Assembly (NCBI GenBank): GCA_964646315.1
Contig: CAZYDN010000002.1
Coordinates: forward strand, 962 to 64,961
Source: an uncultured Candidatus Saccharibacteria bacterium
Lineage (GTDB): Bacteria > Patescibacteriota > Minisyncoccia > Phycocordibacterales > Phycocordibacteraceae
Reading direction: 5' to 3'
DNA: 64,000 nucleotides
Shown here: piece after piece, positions 36,981 to 44,895 of the stretch
Numbering within the stretch: position 1 is the stretch's first letter
Layout of the letters: every line of letters starts with the position of its first letter
The notes under the pieces: model-generated
The model's database searches: none
Seen by the model: the letters and a program-made list of their open reading frames with translations, nothing else
What the model was told of the DNA's origin: nothing
Made by a program: the position numbers and the translations under genes

Positions 36981-37489
36981 ATGGATTGGACCGACGAACG
37001 AGTAGAAAATCTAAAGAAGCTCTGGCAAGACGGCTTGTCCGCAAGTCAAATCGCAAAGCAGCTCGGGGGAACTACCCGGACGCAGTTATCGGCAAGGTGC
37101 ATCGTCTCGGCCTCTCGGGCAGGGCACAGCCCTCGAAACCTGCACGTCCGGTGTTCAAAGCTCCGCGAGCGCCACGGGCAACTACTAAGCCTGCCGCTCC
37201 TCGTCGTATCGCGGAGCCCGTTGTGACGAATGCGGTTTCGGAACCTATTCCGGAACCTGTTCGGTATATGGACGAGGCTCCAGGTTCGGCGACCATCCTC
37301 ACGCTTGGTGAGCACATGTGTAAGTGGCCCATAGGCGATCCGGCGGCCGATGGCTTTACCTACTGTGGGCGCAGGCAAGACGACGGTCCCTATTGCGGGG
37401 AACATGCTCGGGTGGCGTACCAGCCGATGCAGAAGAAAAAGCGTGCAGACCCAAGTGGCCTGATGCGCTCTGTCGAACGTTACCTCTAG
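36981..37489 (+). pseudogene. gcrA: GcrA cell-cycle regulator with one-base frameshift (pseudogene or sequencing error)
   Basis: MDWTDERVENLKKLWQDGLSASQIAKQLGG in one frame; AVIGKVHRLGLSGRA...MCKWPIGDP...FTYCG...PYCGEHARVAYQP in another; one extra A at 37080 restores TRNAVIGK and a 169-aa protein. Confidence 0.93.
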
Positions 37490-37493
37490 ACGA

Positions 37494-37524
37494 AAGGGCT
37501 CCGCGAATCTGCGCGGAGCCCTTG
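37494..37524. terminator. Hairpin between gcrA and msrB
   Basis: AAGGGCTCCGCG-AATCTG-CGCGGAGCCCTT. Confidence 0.75.
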
Positions 37525-37546
37525 TCATATTCCTTACGAATTTCAC

Positions 37547-37942
37547 CTATTCCTTTTGAAACTCTAGGCACACTGAATTAATGCAGTAACGTTTACCACC
37601 CGCTTCCTTTGGTCCGTCATTAAAAACATGACCTAGGTGACTATTGCAGTGCTTACAAAAAACTTCCGTGCGACTCATTCCGTGCGCATCATCTGTTCGT
37701 GTACCCACATTCTCAGCTACGGCTGGATCGGTAAACGATGGCCAGCCACTCCCCGAATCAAATTTATTATCAGAAGAAAAGAGCGCTACTCCGCATACTT
37801 TGCAGCGGTACATTCCCGACTCATGATTGTCTAAGAGCACACCCGAAAAAGGAGCTTCGGTACCTCCCTCACGAAGTACTCGGAACTCGTCTGGAGTGAG
37901 AGTTTCTCTAAGGGTTTCGTCGCGTATTTCCTTGGATTCCAT
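37547..37942 (-). CDS. msrB: Methionine-R-sulfoxide reductase MsrB
   Basis: GTEAPF, GSGWPSF, HLGHVFNDGP, RYCINS. Confidence 0.97.
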   Translation of the reverse strand: MESKEIRDETLRETLTPDEFRVLREGGTEAPFSGVLLDNHESGMYRCKVCGVALFSSDNKFDSGSGWPSFTDPAVAENVGTRTDDAHGMSRTEVFCKHCNSHLGHVFNDGPKEAGGKRYCINSVCLEFQKE

Positions 37943-37996
37943 GAGGTCATTCTATCACCATTGCTCGCGCAGGGTGCCCACGGTACGATTATGGGT

Positions 37997-38458
37997 ATGC
38001 ACCGAACAGCCCTTACTGTATTTCTCCTTATTCTCGCTTTTATTGGTATTGCGGACGCCTGGTACTTAACGGCAAGCGCTCTGTCGGATACTGCCTTGTC
38101 CTGTGACCTCGGTGCGGTACTTGATGGATGCAACATTGTGGCAAAGAGTGAATATTCGCACTTCCTGGGGCTTCCACTGGCCATGTATGGCGTAGGTTTT
38201 TTTGTAGTCATATTTATCCTCGCGGCACTTCTTATGGTGTACCCTCACCGATTACTCCATCGGTCACTTTTTTGGCTTTCAGCCATAGGATCAGCTATGT
38301 CAGTAGTATTCCTTCTTGTTCAATTTGTTCTTATCAAGGCACTTTGCATCTATTGTATCGCTTCGGCTGTCATCACGTTCCTCGTATTCCTCGTCGCGCG
38401 TGATTTACAGAAGCAGCACCGAGAATCAAATCTACATACCGTAGTGCAAACAACGTAG
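37997..38458 (+). CDS. VKOR family protein
   Basis: Loop Cys pair, SEYS, CIYC. Confidence 0.92.
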   Translation: MHRTALTVFLLILAFIGIADAWYLTASALSDTALSCDLGAVLDGCNIVAKSEYSHFLGLPLAMYGVGFFVVIFILAALLMVYPHRLLHRSLFWLSAIGSAMSVVFLLVQFVLIKALCIYCIASAVITFLVFLVARDLQKQHRESNLHTVVQTT

Positions 38459-38462
38459 GCTT

Positions 38463-39647
38463 ATGTTGACTCGTATCTCTTCTCTCGCATTACTTCTGGC
38501 ATTCGTTCTCCTGCCAACGGCGAGCGTGCATGCAGCTACACTTCATAGTGGAAGGACTGTAGTAATTTCTGAACCATCATCTGAGAATCTGTACCTTGCC
38601 GCAAGTGATGTCACTATTGCAGCTCCACTTGCACAAGACTTAATTGCTGCCGGGGGAACATTAGGCATTGCCTCTACCGTTGGGGGCGATGCATTACTTG
38701 CGGGAGGAAGTATTGCACTACGCAAGTCAGTAGGTGGAGACGTACGCGCAGTGGGTGGAGATTTCCTAGTAGATAGTGATATTGGAGGAGATCTCATGGT
38801 TGCTGCAGGACGCATAACTGCTTCTACGACGGCAAAAAATATGCACCTAGCAGGTGCTGAAATTCGAGTTGCGGGAAGTGGGGGATCGGTACAGGCATAT
38901 GGAGCAGATATTTATCTCTCGGGCACGATTCGGGGTGACGTAAAAGTAACGGCCTCGGACAAACTCTTTATCGCTGAAGGCACCCGTATCGAAGGTGCTC
39001 TTGCATATGATGCTCCACAAGAAGTAGTTGTGCCCGCAACCGCCACGATTGCTGGGGGAGTGACGTATACCGGTTCGTCCACGTTCCTGCCTACAAATGA
39101 GGAGGCAAAACGCTTTGCTATTGCAGGGGCGGGCGTTCTGCTTGTAGTGCGAATCATTGCCATAGTTATTGCGGCGGGTCTTGTGGTAGGGCTTTTTCCG
39201 GTACTTGCCTCAATGGTGGTGGAACGCTCTATGCTTCATTCTCCCCGTCGTTCAGTACTCTATGCCTTACTTGGCTTTGCGACCATTGTGGTAACTCCCG
39301 TATTGGTATTGTTCTTGCTTGTATCCTTTGTGGGTATAGCTCTTGGCATACTCCTGAGCGCACTGTATGTATTTCTTCTCCTTCTCGCATATCTCTATGC
39401 GGGACTTATTGCGGGAGCCGCGCTCTACCGTGCGATCTTTAAAAGGGAGTACGTCACCTGGCGAACAGCGGTACTGGGCACATTTGCACTCTATGCAGTG
39501 AGCGCAGTACCGGTTCTCGGCTTCTTAGTTGTTTGTGTCCTTACGTGCGCTGCACTGGGTGCACTCATTGGTATTACGTATCAGGCGGCATTTGGACGAA
39601 CAGACTCCGAGGAATCTGTAGTAATCGAAGAAGGTCTAGAAGCGTAA
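38463..39647 (+). CDS. Bactofilin-like beta-helix repeat protein with C-terminal TM region
   Basis: Repeated GGD-x-AGG units then 5-6 TM. Confidence 0.75.
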   Translation: MLTRISSLALLLAFVLLPTASVHAATLHSGRTVVISEPSSENLYLAASDVTIAAPLAQDLIAAGGTLGIASTVGGDALLAGGSIALRKSVGGDVRAVGGDFLVDSDIGGDLMVAAGRITASTTAKNMHLAGAEIRVAGSGGSVQAYGADIYLSGTIRGDVKVTASDKLFIAEGTRIEGALAYDAPQEVVVPATATIAGGVTYTGSSTFLPTNEEAKRFAIAGAGVLLVVRIIAIVIAAGLVVGLFPVLASMVVERSMLHSPRRSVLYALLGFATIVVTPVLVLFLLVSFVGIALGILLSALYVFLLLLAYLYAGLIAGAALYRAIFKREYVTWRTAVLGTFALYAVSAVPVLGFLVVCVLTCAALGALIGITYQAAFGRTDSEESVVIEEGLEA

Positions 39648-39657
39648 TTACATATCC

Positions 39658-40125
39658 ATGATACTTGCAGAAAAACAAAAAGCTCCAGATTTTTCACTCC
39701 CTGACCAAGACGGGATTGTGCATACGCTTTCGAGTTACGCTGGAAAGTGGGTACTGCTTTATTTTTACCCTAAAGACGATACTCCTGGATGTACCAAAGA
39801 AGCCTGTATGCTTCGTGATGTGTGGCCAGACTTTGGTTCTCTAAACGCTGCGGTCTTTGGGGTGTCTGCGGATTCAGTAAAAAGCCACAAGAAATTCGCA
39901 GAGAAATACGGATTACCGTTTACGCTCCTCTCAGACGAAAGCAAAGATATGCTAAAGGCATATGGTGTATGGGGAATAAAGAAAATGATGGGACGCGAGT
40001 ACGAAGGTATTTCTCGCACTTCCTTCCTCATTGCTCCTGACGGCACTATCACCAAGATATACGAGAGCGTAAAACCTGAATTGCATGCAGTGCAAGTTCT
40101 TGAAGATTTGAAAGCGTACGCCTAA
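39658..40125 (+). CDS. bcp: Peroxiredoxin Bcp
   Basis: YFYPKDDTPGCTKEAC. Confidence 0.95.
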   Translation: MILAEKQKAPDFSLPDQDGIVHTLSSYAGKWVLLYFYPKDDTPGCTKEACMLRDVWPDFGSLNAAVFGVSADSVKSHKKFAEKYGLPFTLLSDESKDMLKAYGVWGIKKMMGREYEGISRTSFLIAPDGTITKIYESVKPELHAVQVLEDLKAYA

Positions 40126-40229
40126 AAGACTCCATCTACGGTGTTACGGGTCCCTGCCGACTCATCCGTCGTACTCTAAGTACGACTCCTGCGCCGGCCT
40201 TCCCGTTCCTTGTATCTGAAGCCTTTGAG
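40121..40229 (-). repeat. Structured intergenic element, family A copy 1
   Basis: Reverse complement aligns with 44770-44893. Confidence 0.75.
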
Positions 40230-40246
40230 ACGTACGCTGTGCACAC

Positions 40247-40927
40247 ATGCCTGAGTTATTTCCGACACCAAAAGCCGAAGAGCGCAGGGTACGAGCATCA
40301 AAAATTGTCTCGTACTTAAAAAAAACCTATCCCATTCCTAAAACGGAACTGCTGTATCAGACACCGTTTCAACTGGTAGTCGCCGTCGTGCTTTCGGCAC
40401 AATGTACCGATAAGAAAGTGAATCAGGCTACGCGAAGGCTTTTTGCTCGTTACCAGAGTGTTCAAGATTTCGCAGACGCAGAACCAAGCGAGTTTGCGGA
40501 AATGGTTTCCTCCCTTACTTTTTTCCAAAACAAGACAAAGCACATTATTGGGGCTGCTAAGCTACTACTCTCAGAATTTGGAGGAGAAGTGCCTAGAACA
40601 GAGAAAGAGCTCATTCGATTGCCAGGAGTGGCCTACAAGACCGCACATGTGGTGCTGGGGGAGTTGTATGGTCTATGGGAGGGTATTCCAACAGACACGC
40701 ATGTGCGCCGGTATGCTCTGCGGTTTGATTTAACAGACCAAACTAACCTCACTCGTATCTCAAAGGATTTAGAGGAGCTGGTGCCAAAGAAGGACTGGAA
40801 ATATGTAAACAATGGTTTAGTGCTTTACGGTAGGTACGTGTGTCCCGCTCTCCCTCATCCCTGTGAAGACCACCCCCTAACAAAGCTGTGGCCGCCCGCA
40901 GCTCATATATGGCCTAAGGCGAAATAG
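40247..40927 (+). CDS. nth: Endonuclease III with degenerate Fe-S motif
   Basis: LSAQCTD, LPGVAYKTA, DTHV. Confidence 0.92.
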   Translation: MPELFPTPKAEERRVRASKIVSYLKKTYPIPKTELLYQTPFQLVVAVVLSAQCTDKKVNQATRRLFARYQSVQDFADAEPSEFAEMVSSLTFFQNKTKHIIGAAKLLLSEFGGEVPRTEKELIRLPGVAYKTAHVVLGELYGLWEGIPTDTHVRRYALRFDLTDQTNLTRISKDLEELVPKKDWKYVNNGLVLYGRYVCPALPHPCEDHPLTKLWPPAAHIWPKAK

Positions 40928-40963
40928 GCTCAGGTTTCACTTTGGGTCTGGCGGCGGTACCAT

Positions 40964-41662
40964 ATGTCTATGGATAAGAAGCGCCCGGTAGCGGTATTTG
41001 ATATAGACGGAACACTTTTCCGTTCCTCGCTCTTGGTGGAGCTTATGCAGGAATTGGTAAGGCGTGAGATGTTCCCTAAGAGTGTTTTAAAGCTGTGTGC
41101 GGGCACCGAAGGAGAGCTTCAAAACAAGCGCGGAGAGTACGGACCATTTGTACGAAAAATTATTGATGCTTTTGCGGTGCATGCAAAGGGTATTGAGTAC
41201 GGAGTGATTGCAGACATTGCAGGAGAAATTATAGAAGCAAACCGTGACCGCACCTTCCACTACACGCGCGATCTAGTAAAGGAGCTGAAGAAGAAAGGAC
41301 ACTATCTGCTCGCTATCTCATACTCGCCAAAGTTTATTGTGGACGGATTTGCGTATGAACTCGGGTTTGATAAATCGTACGGGGTGTTTTATGAGACGGG
41401 AGCAAGTAACCGCTTCTCTGGGGACATTTCTGACGAACACTTAATTATGAATAAGGGGGCAATTCTTGCTCGTGCCATTGCAAAGAACAACCTCACGCTC
41501 CACGGCTCTGTAGGGGTGGGCTCTACCGAGTCCGATATTTCCGTGCTTGATATGACGGAATCTTCAATTGCGTTTAATCCAAACCGCGTGTTGTATCGCC
41601 ATGCCAAACAAAAACTATGGGAGATGGTAGTAGAGCATAAGGACGTGATTTACGAGATGTAG
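40964..41662 (+). CDS. HAD-superfamily hydrolase (SerB-like, IB)
   Basis: FDIDGT, AIS, NK; motif IV reads GSTESD. Confidence 0.85.
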   Translation: MSMDKKRPVAVFDIDGTLFRSSLLVELMQELVRREMFPKSVLKLCAGTEGELQNKRGEYGPFVRKIIDAFAVHAKGIEYGVIADIAGEIIEANRDRTFHYTRDLVKELKKKGHYLLAISYSPKFIVDGFAYELGFDKSYGVFYETGASNRFSGDISDEHLIMNKGAILARAIAKNNLTLHGSVGVGSTESDISVLDMTESSIAFNPNRVLYRHAKQKLWEMVVEHKDVIYEM

Positions 41663-41677
41663 AAATAATTTGTATCC

Positions 41678-42202
41678 ATGCGTATAGATATTGTTGGAGC
41701 ACCAGCTAGTGGAAAATCTACCCTAGCAGCTGCTATTGCAAAGAAGCTTTCTATTCCCCATATTCACCTCGATCGTTTTTGGTTTGAAAGCGGGGGCAGG
41801 CAATCCAAACAAGTTACTCCAAACATAGAGCAGGTTCGTGCGAAGATTCGAGAGAAGACACTGGAAGCTATCAAGGCTGAAGCATGGGTTTCAGATGGCA
41901 CCTACTTGCATGTGCAGAACGAAGTGGTATCCCGTGCGGACGTGCTTATTTTTCTAGATATTCCTCTAGGCTACCGTGTCCTAAATCATGCCAAGCGAGC
42001 TTTTCTTAAACCTAAAATGCACAAAGAGGTTAGTGCATGGGACGACATTACATTTTTTATTGAACTTATAAGGCGGGCATATACAAGTGGCTCCAAACTT
42101 CGAAACTTTGTAAATGAACATACGGATAAAGCAGTAATACTGCGCTCAAATAAAGAGATAAATAATTATCTTAATGGTCTTTTAACTCCTAGAAGAAGGT
42201 AG
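41678..42202 (+). CDS. P-loop kinase (FlaR/adenylate kinase-like)
   Basis: GAPASGKST, HLD.FW, WVSDGTY. Confidence 0.8.
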   Translation: MRIDIVGAPASGKSTLAAAIAKKLSIPHIHLDRFWFESGGRQSKQVTPNIEQVRAKIREKTLEAIKAEAWVSDGTYLHVQNEVVSRADVLIFLDIPLGYRVLNHAKRAFLKPKMHKEVSAWDDITFFIELIRRAYTSGSKLRNFVNEHTDKAVILRSNKEINNYLNGLLTPRRR

Positions 42203-42330
42203 TGCTCATTCGATGATAGAAGAAACTACAGGGATCACATTTCTGTAGTGTATGCGGGACCTCGTAGGTCCCGCATACACTGAACATTTGATCAAGTAGT
42301 CTAGAAAGAGTGATTTGGTATACTGAACAC

Positions 42331-42576
42331 ATGACAAAACGACTCTATCGTAGCCAGAAAAATAAGGTGCTCGCGGGCGTGTGTGGCGGCATTGGGGAAT
42401 ACTTTGATGTAGATCCAGTACTTATCCGCCTTGTCTATCTTATGGCGACGGTATTCACCGGGTTTGTGCCTGGTATTCTTTGCTACGTTATAGCCGTTGC
42501 TATTGTGCCTGAGGCTGTGGTCATCACCCCTTCAGAGCCTGTTGAAACAGTGGTGAATGACGCCAAAGAAGTTTAA
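42331..42576 (+). CDS. pspC: PspC domain protein
   Basis: KRLYRS..AGVCGGIGEYFDVDPVLIR. Confidence 0.92.
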   Translation: MTKRLYRSQKNKVLAGVCGGIGEYFDVDPVLIRLVYLMATVFTGFVPGILCYVIAVAIVPEAVVITPSEPVETVVNDAKEV

Positions 42577-43366
42577 AGACACCGTTTGGAAGTATTACCG
42601 TGAGCACGGTAGGTCGGATTTGCCGTGGAGAAAAACCACGGATCCGTACCGTATTCTTGTGTCTGAGGTAATGCTCCAGCAAACTCAGGTTGAGCGGGTA
42701 ATACCGTACTACACCCGGTTTCTAAAGAAGTTTCCAACAGTTCGTGCCCTCGCAAAAGCACCGTTATCACAGGTGCTTATTGCCTGGCAGGGTCTTGGGT
42801 ATAACAGGCGGGCAAAGATGCTCCACGAGGCTGCTAAGGAGGTTGTGAGAGGTCATGGAGGCTTGTTCCCAAGGACAGCGCTTGAGCTTGAGAAACTTCC
42901 TGGAGTTGGTCCCTATACAGCTCATGCGGTGGCAGCTTTTGCATACAACGAAGACGGCATTTGTATTGAAACCAATATCCGTACGGCAGTGACGCATCAT
43001 TTTTTTCCGAAGGGAGAAGGCGTGCCTGATAACGAGGTTCGGGTGGTACTTGAGAAAACGTTTCCGAAAGGACAAGCTCGAGAATGGTATGCGGCACTTA
43101 TGGATTACGGCGCATATTTGAAGCGCTCAGGTGTGCGTATTAATGCGAAAGCAAAAGGATATGCAAAACAAAGCACCTTTAAAGGTTCTGATAGAGAAAT
43201 TCGTGGTGCTATTGTCCGACTCTTAAGTACTGCGCCCGCAGAGCGCACACGAATTTTAAAACTGTTTGAAGTTTCTCGAAGAGACGCTGTAGAAGAACAG
43301 CTTATGAAACTTACTCACGAAGGGTTGACGGTGCGAAAGGGAACGCGGTATCAGCTTCCCGACTAA
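42557..43366 (+). CDS. mutY: Short A/G-specific adenine glycosylase
   Basis: LPWR, VSEVMLQQTQV, WQGLGYNRRA, LPGVGPYTA. Confidence 0.9.
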   Translation: MTPKKFKDTVWKYYREHGRSDLPWRKTTDPYRILVSEVMLQQTQVERVIPYYTRFLKKFPTVRALAKAPLSQVLIAWQGLGYNRRAKMLHEAAKEVVRGHGGLFPRTALELEKLPGVGPYTAHAVAAFAYNEDGICIETNIRTAVTHHFFPKGEGVPDNEVRVVLEKTFPKGQAREWYAALMDYGAYLKRSGVRINAKAKGYAKQSTFKGSDREIRGAIVRLLSTAPAERTRILKLFEVSRRDAVEEQLMKLTHEGLTVRKGTRYQLPD

Positions 43367-44523
43367 CGGCTGTCCCTAATAAAATAGGTGCTTCCGAGTC
43401 CCGTAACCAAAAGGAAGGCGCCCATACTAATAAAGAATATAAAGTAGCTACCGCCCGTAAGTGCCAAAATAATACTTGCGGTGAGTGGTGCTGCCAGCGC
43501 TGCAAGAGGGCGCGTGACGCGGTAGAGGGTAAGGGTGTTGGTATCTGCTGAAGAAACTCTTCGGAAGAAGTGACCTTCTACCATCGCTTCTACGAGCGCA
43601 CTTCCAAGACGACTCACAATCAAAATAGTGAGCACTATGTAGAGTGGAGTGGTTGTGGTTACAAACGCAAGCGCACCAAACGCGGTAGACATAAGTACAA
43701 ACCCTGCAATAAGAATTTCCTTATCACCAAGCCATTTGTCTGCGATATATCCGGCCGGATACTCTACGAGTACAAAGGGGAGAAGCATGACCGCAAACAT
43801 CCATCCTAAATCTGACCACGGCATACCAAGCACGTGGTGCAGGTAAAGAGGAATATAGAAAGGTGCGAGATGGAAGAAAAATTGCAGCACGCCGTTACCA
43901 AAGGCTACGGCTCGTAGGTCTGCATCCATGAACACACACTTGCAACTCTCTATCAATTTTGCCGGACGCTCAACTCGCTGTTCTGGTAGGTTTTCATACA
44001 GCAGAAGCGTAATGAACGGTGTCATTGAAATGGCTGCAGCTAGGAATACGCGCCAGTATTCGTTTGTACCGTCGAGGAAGTACGCAATCAAGAGCGGCGC
44101 CACAATGAGGGCAGTGTTTCCTGCGGTGATGAACGCGGTGCGCACTCGGCCCATTTCCCCGTGCTCGGTACCGGTAGCTTCAAGGAGAAGATCTAGAAGA
44201 TATTGAATAAAGGGGGATGCGGCACATACAAAAGCCAAGCAGAACGCTGCCAGCCAGAACGGGGGTTGCTCTGCAAGAAGCAGAAGTGCGGTTGCAATCA
44301 TAGTCGCAACAACAATTGCCGTGCGCTTTATGCCGTAGCGCGCAGCAATCTTAGGAACGAACGGATATGCAAGGAGGGTACCTATGGCGCCAGCAGAAAT
44401 CACGAGGCCTGTTTGGTCGTCGGGGAGGAAGGTGGCCAGGTATGGCGTCATCACATACACAATCAAAAAGAAGTGCATCGACGAAAAGAAGTTGCCGATT
44501 GAAAGAACACGCCTAGGGTGCAT
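43363..44523 (-). CDS. MFS transporter
   Basis: About 12 TM; GYIADKWLGDK. Confidence 0.88.
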   Translation of the reverse strand: MHPRRVLSIGNFFSSMHFFLIVYVMTPYLATFLPDDQTGLVISAGAIGTLLAYPFVPKIAARYGIKRTAIVVATMIATALLLLAEQPPFWLAAFCLAFVCAASPFIQYLLDLLLEATGTEHGEMGRVRTAFITAGNTALIVAPLLIAYFLDGTNEYWRVFLAAAISMTPFITLLLYENLPEQRVERPAKLIESCKCVFMDADLRAVAFGNGVLQFFFHLAPFYIPLYLHHVLGMPWSDLGWMFAVMLLPFVLVEYPAGYIADKWLGDKEILIAGFVLMSTAFGALAFVTTTTPLYIVLTILIVSRLGSALVEAMVEGHFFRRVSSADTNTLTLYRVTRPLAALAAPLTASIILALTGGSYFIFFISMGAFLLVTGLGSTYFIRDSR

Positions 44524-44547
44524 TTTATAGATTGTAGCATTCCGCTC

Positions 44548-44700
44548 GCACACCAAATCTGTACACGGCCCGTCCTTCAGGCGCCGTAGTGCATAGTCGT
44601 CTCGTAACGAAAAAGTGACGAGCGCTCCGCTAAATCACTTTTTCTTCTCGACTCCGTGCACCACTGGCTGCTTCCGGTTTAGTGTACAGATTTGGCATGC
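44548..44700. repeat. Long hairpin element, family B copy 1
   Basis: 14-bp terminal IR CCAAATCTGTACAC/GTGTACAGATTTGG with nested stems. Confidence 0.75.
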
Positions 44701-44721
44701 ATCGCTCCAGTGTGGGGAGTA

Positions 44722-44756
44722 AAGCAAACCGCCGCACGAAGTGCGGCGGTTTGCTT
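44722..44756 (-). terminator. Terminator downstream of rnj
   Basis: AAGCAAACCGCCGCAC-GAA-GTGCGGCGGTTTGCTT. Confidence 0.8.
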
Positions 44757-44769
44757 AAACGAAGCTATA

Positions 44770-44893
44770 TGAGCCTAGTCGAAAAGCTTCAGATGCGAGG
44801 CGCGGGAGAGTAATTTCTGGAGGCGTACTGGAAGTACGGTGTAGGAAATTGCTGGGACCCGCAACGAAGTATCTGGAGTTTTTAGGCGGCTCT
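44770..44893 (+). repeat. Structured intergenic element, family A copy 2
   Basis: GCTTCAGAT...CGTACT-loop-AGTACG...GGGACCCG...TGGAGT..TTTAGGCG. Confidence 0.75.
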
Positions 44894-44895
44894 AC

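Noticed and set aside
36902-37079. N-terminus of the 195-aa ORF and tail of the 81-aa ORF as separate genes
   Set aside because: Both are by-products of the single gcrA frameshift
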